Positions 25,949 to 32,000 of a DNA stretch of 32,000 nucleotides are shown here, in pieces. The stretch covers positions 1,658,943 to 1,690,942 of the forward strand of contig OZ240219.1 of NCBI GenBank assembly GCA_965197645.1, given 5' to 3'. The position numbers and the translations under genes were made by a program. Under the pieces are notes generated by a model. That model saw only the letters and a program-made list of their open reading frames with translations, ran no database searches and was not told where the DNA came from. Every line of letters begins with the position of its first letter. Position 1 is the first letter of the stretch. This DNA is from Dehalococcoidia bacterium (lineage in GTDB: Bacteria; Chloroflexota; Dehalococcoidia; Plut-88900).

Positions 25949-27229
25949 GTGCCGGGACCGAAGATGGTGGCGTCAATAGACGTTGGCACCACCAAGGTGT
26001 GCTCCGTCCTAGCGAGGTTGGAATGGGACGGAAAGTTGGAGGTCCTCGGTGTCAGCACCATTCCTTCGGAGGGTCTGTGGAAAGGCGAAGTCGTCGACGT
26101 AGAGGAGGCCTCCAGATCGATACGCAAGTCGGTGGAAGAGCTGCATGAGACGTGCGGCATCCCCTTAACATCGGCCTACGTCGGCATAACGGGCAGCCAC
26201 GTCTCCTGCGTCAACAACCGGGGCCTGGTTGGCAGCTCTCGAAACTTTCGCTACTTCTCCTCGGGGCCGGTCAACAGGACATTGGAGGAGGCCCGTTACA
26301 GCAGCATGACGCCGGATACCGAGGTGCTGCACGTAATTCCCCGGGCCTACCACCTGGACGGTCATCGCCGGCCGGGCAGCCCCTACGGTGTTCGGGGCCA
26401 CAATCTGGAGATGGAAACTCACGTGATCACCGGAGCGGTGAACCGGATTAAGCTCCTGGTAGAGAGCGTCCAGAACGCTGGAGTACAGGTGAAGGGCCTG
26501 GTCCTGGAGCCCCTGGCCAGCAGCCAGGCCGTGTTGACCAGAGAAGAGCAGGAAGTAGGGGTGATTCTGGCGGACATCGGAGGCGGTTCTACGGACGTGG
26601 CCGCCTTCATCGAAGGGACCATCTGGGACACATCGGTGATCCCGGTAGGCGGCAATCACGTCACCGGCGACCTTGCGGCATGGCTGGACACCGAACCTCA
26701 GCAGGCGGAGAGGATCAAGATAAAGCACGGCCACGCCATGCCGGGACAGGTAGACCCAGAGGAAAGGGTCCCATTATCCGGTACATCCGAGTCGGATGCT
26801 GAGCCGGTCTATCGCCGGGAGCTCTGCGAGGTGATCAGGGACAGGATGGAAGAAACGTTGCAGCTGATAGGCCAACGAGTCAGGGCAGCAGGAATGAAGG
26901 AGGGGCCGGCGGGCGGGCTGGTCCTGACGGGAGGGACGTCAAACCTGCCGGGCATCGAGACCCTGGCCAAACAGGTCCTCGATATGCCGGTGAGGGTAGG
27001 CAGGCCTACACTGCTGGAAGGAGCCCCGGCCAGCCTCCGGGACCCGGCCTTTGCCACCAGCATGGGCATCATAATCTGGAAGCTGGTCCACGAAGACGGC
27101 GAGAGCAAGCTGGACCGGCTGGGTTTCACCAACTACTTCAACAACTTCAGCAAGCGGATGCTCTCTCGGGTCGAGGCGCCCGTGAACGGTCATTTCCCCG
27201 CTCATTTCGAGCCTGAAGCACAGGTCTAG
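25949..27229 (+). CDS. ftsA: Cell division protein FtsA
   Basis: 426 aa. Actin-fold motifs IDVGTTKV, ADIGGGSTDV and LTGGTSNLPG, and a C-terminal amphipathic segment. The GTG start is preceded by GGGAGGGG at 5 nt. Confidence 0.9.
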   Translation: MPGPKMVASIDVGTTKVCSVLARLEWDGKLEVLGVSTIPSEGLWKGEVVDVEEASRSIRKSVEELHETCGIPLTSAYVGITGSHVSCVNNRGLVGSSRNFRYFSSGPVNRTLEEARYSSMTPDTEVLHVIPRAYHLDGHRRPGSPYGVRGHNLEMETHVITGAVNRIKLLVESVQNAGVQVKGLVLEPLASSQAVLTREEQEVGVILADIGGGSTDVAAFIEGTIWDTSVIPVGGNHVTGDLAAWLDTEPQQAERIKIKHGHAMPGQVDPEERVPLSGTSESDAEPVYRRELCEVIRDRMEETLQLIGQRVRAAGMKEGPAGGLVLTGGTSNLPGIETLAKQVLDMPVRVGRPTLLEGAPASLRDPAFATSMGIIIWKLVHEDGESKLDRLGFTNYFNNFSKRMLSRVEAPVNGHFPAHFEPEAQV

Positions 27230-27263
27230 CAGGTATTAGAGGGGAAGGGAAAGGAGCGGACCA

Positions 27264-28394
27264 GTGACGACGAACAATATGAGGTCTACGGAGGTCAATA
27301 TCGTGATCATGGGTGTTGGTGGCGGAGGCTCTAATGCCGTCTCGCGCATGGTCAAAGGTAGGGCGGAAAGCACCCAGCTGTGTTGCCTCAACACCGATGT
27401 CCAGGCCCTGGAGAACATGGACGTGACCCGCAAGATCCCCATAGGGCAACGGCTCACCAAGGGCCTGGGGGCCGGCGGCGACCCTGATCTGGGTCGACAG
27501 TCGGCGGAGGAGAGCAAGGCCGAGATCCTCAAGGCGATACAGGGCGCCGACATAGTGTTCGTCGCCGCCGGAATGGGCGGTGGAACGGGTACTGGCGCCG
27601 CACCGGTAGTAGCCCGGCTCGCCAAGGATGCCGGCGCCCTGACCATCGCCGTCGTCACCAAGCCTTTCAGCTTCGAGGGACAGAAACGCCGCCGGCTGGC
27701 CGACGCGGGCATCAAGGCCCTCACAAAAAGGGTGGACACCATCGTTACCATCAGCAACGATCGCCTGCTGGAGATGTGCGACTCAAACGTCTCGATGATG
27801 GGCGCTTTGGCAATGGCCGACGATGTCCTGGCCCAGGGCATACGGGCCATCTCCGACGTGATCACCGTCGCCGGCGAGATCAATGTGGACTTCGCCGACG
27901 TCCGCTCCATCATGACCGACTCCGGTCGAGCCCTGATGGCCATCGGTACCGGCAAGGGCGTCAACAGGGTCAAAGAGGCCACCCACGCCGTTCTATCGTC
28001 ACCGTTGCTCGATACCCCGATCAAGGGAGCCACGGGCGTTCTCTTCGACATCACCGGCGGCGACGATCTTACCCTCGTCGAGGTCAACAGAGTGGCCCAG
28101 CTCATAGGCGAAGCCGTCAACCCCGAGGCGGAGAAGATTTTCGGCGTGCTCACTGACAAGAAGTTGGACGGCTTCCTCAGGATCACGCTGATAGCCACCG
28201 GCCTCGGTGCAGATGGCGCCGGCCGGTCCTCCAACGAGGACTACCGCAAGGGGTCCACCGCCGAACGCAACGGTCGTTACTCCCTGGCCGGGGAGCCGGC
28301 GCTGTCGTCGAACCGGGAAGGGTTCAACCTGGATATACCAACTTTCCTCAGGCGCAAGGGCGGCGACAAGGTGAGGGAGCAGTCCCTTCCCTGA
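27264..28394 (+). CDS. ftsZ: Cell division GTPase FtsZ
   Basis: 376 aa. GVGGGGSNAV, the tubulin signature AGMGGGTGTGAAPV, NDRL, and the C-terminal peptide LDIPTFLRRK. The GTG start has AAAGGAG 7 nt upstream. Confidence 0.95.
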   Translation: MTTNNMRSTEVNIVIMGVGGGGSNAVSRMVKGRAESTQLCCLNTDVQALENMDVTRKIPIGQRLTKGLGAGGDPDLGRQSAEESKAEILKAIQGADIVFVAAGMGGGTGTGAAPVVARLAKDAGALTIAVVTKPFSFEGQKRRRLADAGIKALTKRVDTIVTISNDRLLEMCDSNVSMMGALAMADDVLAQGIRAISDVITVAGEINVDFADVRSIMTDSGRALMAIGTGKGVNRVKEATHAVLSSPLLDTPIKGATGVLFDITGGDDLTLVEVNRVAQLIGEAVNPEAEKIFGVLTDKKLDGFLRITLIATGLGADGAGRSSNEDYRKGSTAERNGRYSLAGEPALSSNREGFNLDIPTFLRRKGGDKVREQSLP

Positions 28395-28476
28395 GAAACC
28401 CGTTCTAACCTAGGGACGGATACCGGCTCCCCTTTCCTCCCGAAAGGCCCCCTGGAAAACCCCGGGTTCGTGGTCA

Positions 28477-28512
28477 GGCTCCGATGGCACACCCAGCTGT
28501 CGGAGCCCTTTT
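28477..28512 (+). terminator. Rho-independent terminator after ftsZ
   Basis: Stem GGCTCCGA (28477-28484) / TCGGAGCC (28500-28507), then CTTTT (28508-28512). A further T7 run lies at 28522-28528. Confidence 0.6.
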
Positions 28513-28635
28513 GCGCACCCCTTTTTTTCAGCCTGCTGGAAACCCGGGACCATGGGCGGCCCCGACGGTGCCCCGCACCGTCGAGGTCGTTCTATACACA
28601 TCTTAATTCCCCTCCGAAATTCATGTACAATTGTA

Positions 28636-28664
28636 TTGACACACCCACTATCTTGTGGTAATTT
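28636..28664 (+). promoter_or_regulatory. Promoter of nrdR(-nrdJ)
   Basis: TTGACA (28636-28641), a 17-nt spacer ending in TGg, then TAATTT (28659-28664). Confidence 0.6.
28643..28658. promoter_or_regulatory. NrdR box 1 (weaker), inside the promoter spacer
   Basis: ACCCACTATCTTGTGG matches the published 16-bp NrdR-box consensus acaCwAtATaTwGtgt at about 12 of 16 positions. Confidence 0.55.
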
Positions 28665-28673
28665 CACTCGGCA

Positions 28674-28689
28674 ACACAATATATTGTGG
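28674..28689. promoter_or_regulatory. NrdR box 2 (strong), just downstream of the -10
   Basis: ACACAATATATTGTGG matches the NrdR-box consensus at 15 of 16 positions. It starts exactly 31 bp after box 1, about three helical turns, the spacing typical of tandem NrdR boxes. Confidence 0.7.
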
Positions 28690-28718
28690 TTGAAACCCTC
28701 TACCAAAGACTGCTTATC

Positions 28719-29267
28719 ATGAGATGCCCGTTCTGCGACAACGAAGATTCCAAGGTTATCGACTCCCGTGACGTCGACAACGCCATAAGGCGTCGCAGGC
28801 AGTGTCATCGCTGTGGTCTTCGCTTCACAACCCTGGAGCGGATTCAGGCCGCCATCATGTCCCTGATTAAGAAGGACGGCCGTCGGGAGGAGTACAACCG
28901 GGGCAAGCTGGCAGCCGGCATTCGAAAGGCGTGTGCCAAGCGCTCGTTGCCCACTGGCACCATAGAGAAAGTGGTGGACGACATCGAGGCGGACCTGCAA
29001 AAGCTGAGCAAAGCCGAAGTCCCCAGCGGCATCGTCGGTGAAATGGTAATGAACCATCTGAGAAAACTGGACAGGGTGGCTTACATCCGGTTCGCCAGCG
29101 TTTACAGAGACTTCTCCGATGCCGAGACCTTCAAGGTAGAGGTGGACTCGTTGCTCGAGACCGGAAAAGGAGAGACGACGCCCTCGGCTCAGTTGCCCCT
29201 CATGCTGGAGGAAGATAGGGCCTCCATTCGGCCCAGACAGCGCCGGCGTAAGAAACCCACCAGCTAG
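28719..29267 (+). CDS. nrdR: Transcriptional repressor NrdR
   Basis: Begins MRCPFCDNEDSKVIDSR...RRRRQCHRCGLRFTTLERI (Zn-ribbon), followed by an ATP-cone (KKDGRREEYNRGKL...). The ORF-track start at 28686 lies within NrdR box 2 and adds 11 aa not found in NrdR. Confidence 0.92.
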   Translation: MRCPFCDNEDSKVIDSRDVDNAIRRRRQCHRCGLRFTTLERIQAAIMSLIKKDGRREEYNRGKLAAGIRKACAKRSLPTGTIEKVVDDIEADLQKLSKAEVPSGIVGEMVMNHLRKLDRVAYIRFASVYRDFSDAETFKVEVDSLLETGKGETTPSAQLPLMLEEDRASIRPRQRRRKKPTS

Positions 29268-29395
29268 CCGGGGCCGAGACCTTCCCTTGCGACATTCGGG
29301 TCTCAGCGTTGATTTCCGGCCCTGACGCCAACCGGAACCAGGGCGCTAACAATTTACAGGACAATACACAAGTTTCTAGAAAGCAAACCGGAATC

Positions 29396-31792
29396 ATGGC
29401 AACTCTCCGCACAGACAAGCAGACCATAAAGAGCCCTCATTACAGGAGGGTTCGTGGTCTGCGTGCGGAAATGAAGACTCAGGGGCACGATAGCGGCCCA
29501 GATGTATCGGCGAACGCCATGGCGGTCCTCAAGCGGCGCTACCTCACCAAGGACATCAAGGGCGTCGTCACCGAGGAGCCGGAGCAGCTTTACCGCCGGG
29601 TAGCCGGAAACATCGCCGAGGGGGATGTAGAGTTCGGTGCGTCGATGTCACAGGTGGAGGCTCTGGCCGAACGTTTCTACCAGATGATGGCCCGCAGAGA
29701 GTTCATGCCCAACTCTCCCACGCTGATGAACGCGGGAAGAGAGCTGCAGCAGCTCTCGGCCTGCTTCGTGCTGCCGGTCCCCGACTCCATGGAAGACATC
29801 TTCGAGGCCGCCAAGTACACCGCTATCATCCACAAAAGCGGCGGCGGGACCGGTTTCGCCTTTTCCAACCTCAGGCCGGAGATGGACAGGGTCGGATCCA
29901 CCGGCGGCATCGCCAGCGGGCCCGTATCCTTCATCCGCATATTTGATACCGCTACCGATGTGGTCAAGCAGGGCGGCACGCGACGGGGCGCCAACATGGC
30001 CATCCTGGACGTGACCCACCCCGATATTCTCCGGTTCGTCCATTCCAAAGACGACGATAAGTCCCTTCAGAACTTCAACATCTCCGTGGCCGTCACTGAG
30101 GACTTCATGGAAGCGGTCGACAAGGGCGGAGACTACGATCTGATCAATCCCCGCACCCGGGAGACGGTCGACAGCCTGAACGCCACCGAAGTTTTCGAAG
30201 AGCTGGTGCAAAGCGCCTGGAAGACTGGTGACCCGGGCATCGTTTTCATGGACCGGATGAACGAACCGCACTCCAACCCGGTGCCCAAGCGAGGGCCCAT
30301 CCAGGCGACCAACCCCTGCGGCGAGCAGCCCCTCTATCCATACGACTCGTGCAACCTGGGGTCGATCAATCTCGCCGCCTTCGTGGTGGACACAGGTGAG
30401 GAGCCAACCCTCGACTGGGACGGGCTGAGGGAGTCCTGCAAGCTCGCCGTCCACTTCCTGGATAACGTGGTAAGCCAGAACCGGTACCCCATCCCCCAGA
30501 TAGAAGATACCTCCAAGCGTATACGACGTATCGGACTGGGGGTTATGGGCTGGGCTGACCTGCTCATCCAGCTGGGCATCCCGTACGACTCCCAAGAGGC
30601 TTTAGACCTGGGCGAACGGGTGATGCAGTTCATAAGCACCGTGGCGACGGACGCATCCCAGGAACTGGCGGGAGAACGAGGCAGCTTCCCGGACTGGGAA
30701 GACTCGGTGTACGGGCCGGATGGCAGCCTGGACAATAGGTCGATGAGGAACTCGACCCGCACGACCATCGCGCCCACGGGTACCATCAGCATAATCGCCA
30801 ACTGCTCCAGCGGAATCGAGCCCCTCTTCGCTCTGAGCTACGCAAGACACGTCATGGACGGCACGCGGCTGGTCGAGGTCAACCCCTATTTCGAGTCGGT
30901 TGCCAAGCGGGAAGGGTTCTACAGCCCCAGCCTGATGGAAGAGCTGGCGGAGCGGGGCAGCATCCGGGGCGTCGAAGAAGTACCCGAGTGGGTGCAGGAG
31001 ATCTTCGTTACGTCCCACGATATCGAACCGGAATGGCACGTGAAGATGCAAGCCGCTTTCCAGAGGCATACGGACAACGCCGTATCCAAGACGGTGAACT
31101 TCCCCCACGACGCCACGGAAGACGACGTACGAGAAGTCTACATGCTAGCGTACCGGGAAGGCTGTAAAGGCGTCACCATCTACCGGGACGGGAGCAAGAG
31201 CGAGCAGGTGCTCAATATTGGTCATACGGAAAAGGTCAACGGCGACCAGCCAGCCTCGGAAGCTCAGAACGGGCCGGTGCCGCGCAAACGACCGCAAGTG
31301 GTGCACGGGGTGACTGAGAAGGTGCACACCGGACACGGCAACATGTACGTGACCATAAACTTCGATGAGGAAAAGAGACCCTTTGAGCTGTTTGCCAATT
31401 TAGGCAAGGCCGGAGGATGTGACTCGGCCCAGTTGGAGGCTATCACGAGGCTGATATCGCTGAGTCTTCGGGCCGGCATAGACCCGAACCAGATCATCGA
31501 TCACATGCGCGGCATAACCTGTTGCCCGGTGTTCAACGGCGGAGGCGAGATGGTCAGGTCCAGCCCCGACGGAGTTGCCCTGGTCCTGAGCCGGCATAGC
31601 CGGGAGAGCGAGTTCGGCGCAGGATTTGGAAATCAGACCTTGGTTGCCCAGCCCAGCCTTTTCGAGCATGTCGAGGCAAAAACCAATGGGAAAAGCGAGT
31701 TCTTGGGTCGTTGCAAAGAGTGCAACAGCACGCTGGTCTACCAGGAAGGTTGCGTAATGTGCCCGGGTTGCGGGTACAACAAATGTGGGTAA
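29396..31792 (+). CDS. nrdJ: Adenosylcobalamin-dependent (class II) ribonucleotide reductase
   Basis: NAMAVLKRRYL, PNSPTLMNAG, LSACFVL, the active-site NPCGEQPL, TISIIANCSSGIEPLF, and a C-terminal TSCPD-like module plus the Cys-rich tail CKECNSTLVYQEGCVMCPGCGYNKCG. The start is uncertain: ATG 29396 is chosen, ATG 29471 and TTG 29309 are alternatives, and none has a well-spaced SD. Confidence 0.9.
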   Translation: MATLRTDKQTIKSPHYRRVRGLRAEMKTQGHDSGPDVSANAMAVLKRRYLTKDIKGVVTEEPEQLYRRVAGNIAEGDVEFGASMSQVEALAERFYQMMARREFMPNSPTLMNAGRELQQLSACFVLPVPDSMEDIFEAAKYTAIIHKSGGGTGFAFSNLRPEMDRVGSTGGIASGPVSFIRIFDTATDVVKQGGTRRGANMAILDVTHPDILRFVHSKDDDKSLQNFNISVAVTEDFMEAVDKGGDYDLINPRTRETVDSLNATEVFEELVQSAWKTGDPGIVFMDRMNEPHSNPVPKRGPIQATNPCGEQPLYPYDSCNLGSINLAAFVVDTGEEPTLDWDGLRESCKLAVHFLDNVVSQNRYPIPQIEDTSKRIRRIGLGVMGWADLLIQLGIPYDSQEALDLGERVMQFISTVATDASQELAGERGSFPDWEDSVYGPDGSLDNRSMRNSTRTTIAPTGTISIIANCSSGIEPLFALSYARHVMDGTRLVEVNPYFESVAKREGFYSPSLMEELAERGSIRGVEEVPEWVQEIFVTSHDIEPEWHVKMQAAFQRHTDNAVSKTVNFPHDATEDDVREVYMLAYREGCKGVTIYRDGSKSEQVLNIGHTEKVNGDQPASEAQNGPVPRKRPQVVHGVTEKVHTGHGNMYVTINFDEEKRPFELFANLGKAGGCDSAQLEAITRLISLSLRAGIDPNQIIDHMRGITCCPVFNGGGEMVRSSPDGVALVLSRHSRESEFGAGFGNQTLVAQPSLFEHVEAKTNGKSEFLGRCKECNSTLVYQEGCVMCPGCGYNKCG

Positions 31793-31810
31793 ATATGAAA
31801 AACTGCCTGA

Positions 31811-31830
31811 CGGCTCGTCTAGGCGAGCCG
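31811..31830 (+). terminator. Hairpin 19 nt after the nrdJ stop (possible terminator; no adjacent U-tract)
   Basis: 7-bp stem CGGCTCG (31811-31817) / CGAGCCG (31824-31830) with a 6-nt loop. The + strand tail is CCTTAACAAATTT. On the minus strand, TTTTT follows after 8 nt. Confidence 0.3.
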
Positions 31831-31845
31831 CCTTAACAAATTTGT

Positions 31846-32000
31846 AAGTAACCGGGGAGGGTTCCACCCCGGAACCGTCCCGAGCTACTCGGGCGCCTCC
31901 CCGCTTACTTGACCCCGTGCGCTGCTCCTCCCAGCGCACGTCTCCTCGGGCACCCTAGGGCGCCACCTCCCCCCAGGGTGCCCACCCTTTTGTCCGGGAT
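31846..32000 (+). other. Hairpin-dense structured element of unknown identity (ncRNA, leader or repeat), truncated by window end
   Basis: - A 14-bp closing helix (31846-31860 / 31896-31910, one C-C mismatch) encloses two hairpins: GTTCC/GGAAC (31861-31875) and CCCGAG/CTCGGG (31879-31893).
- Next comes a 9-bp hairpin (31916-31940).
- Then a 9-bp hairpin GGGCACCCT/AGGGTGCCC (31948-31983), followed by ACCCTTTTG.
- No convincing ORF covers the element. Its strand is not established. Confidence 0.3.

Noticed and set aside
27236-28234. 332-aa ORF on the - strand
   Set aside because: It is antisense to ftsZ, whose identity is certain.
28470-28661. 63-aa ORF in the ftsZ-nrdR intergenic region
   Set aside because: It runs through the terminator hairpin and T-runs and into the nrdR promoter. 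It has no SD, and its composition is not coding-like.
28410-29057. 215-aa ORF on the - strand
   Set aside because: It spans the ftsZ terminator, the nrdR promoter and NrdR boxes, and runs antisense to nrdR. This is incompatible with those well-supported features.
29268-29395. Cobalamin riboswitch ahead of B12-dependent nrdJ, and likewise in the rSAM leader at 18177-18286
   Set aside because: Both regions are too short for this riboswitch and are unstructured. I could not find the conserved B12-box core (GCCACTG) on the relevant strand.
29648-30595. 315-aa ORF on the - strand
   Set aside because: It is antisense to the catalytic core of nrdJ.
31846-32000. Identification of the terminal structured element as RNase P RNA, tmRNA, SRP RNA or a ykkC/guanidine riboswitch
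   Set aside because: - The RNase P hallmark GGAAAGTCCGGGC is absent; the element has TTTTGTCCGGGAT instead.
- There is no tRNA-like TTCGA end for tmRNA.
- There is no GGAAGCAGCC-type SRP motif.
- AGGGTTCC and GTCCCGAG only loosely resemble ykkC blocks.

The identity is left open.

Overview
This is a dense, GC-rich (by eye) chromosomal segment that is almost entirely housekeeping. I call 29 protein-coding genes and 2 tRNAs. I found no transposase, phage gene, CRISPR array or recognisable defence or toxin gene.

Gene order:
- dapA (5'-truncated) > < purA
- A minus-strand run: amidohydrolase, PAP2-like membrane protein, lipoprotein, TPR protein, uvrC, a small tail-anchored ORF, HAD hydrolase, xerD
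- lgt and ccdA (+) > < recJ
- Zn-ribbon/TM2 membrane protein, DUF4870
- fabF preceded by a B12-binding radical SAM gene
- A DapA-family paralogue < > mtaB-like gene plus a PT-linker lipoprotein > < MBL hydrolase
- tRNA-Arg(UCG), tRNA-His(GUG), trmD, MogA/MoaB
- mraZ-rsmH-ftsA-ftsZ
- nrdR-nrdJ

The regulatory sites are unusually legible. There are a consensus-like mraZ promoter followed by three GTGG repeats at exact 10-bp spacing, and two NrdR boxes 31 bp apart over the nrdR promoter. Several other TTGACx/TAnAAT promoters and two intrinsic terminators are also readable.

I do not see a novel multi-gene system here. The observations most worth a second look:
1. ccdA has its helix and motif order circularly permuted. 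The TM1 SPC motif is the last helix.
2. The dcw cluster is stripped to mraZ-rsmH-ftsA-ftsZ, with only 32 nt where ftsL/ftsI/mur/ftsW/ftsQ normally sit. This is compatible with a peptidoglycan-poor lineage such as Dehalococcoidia-like Chloroflexota, which is inference only.
3. A cobalamin-type radical SAM gene is tightly linked upstream of fabF.
4. A hairpin-dense element of unknown identity runs off the 3' end of the window.

All coordinates were derived by hand from the sequence. Start codons are the least certain part of the calls.
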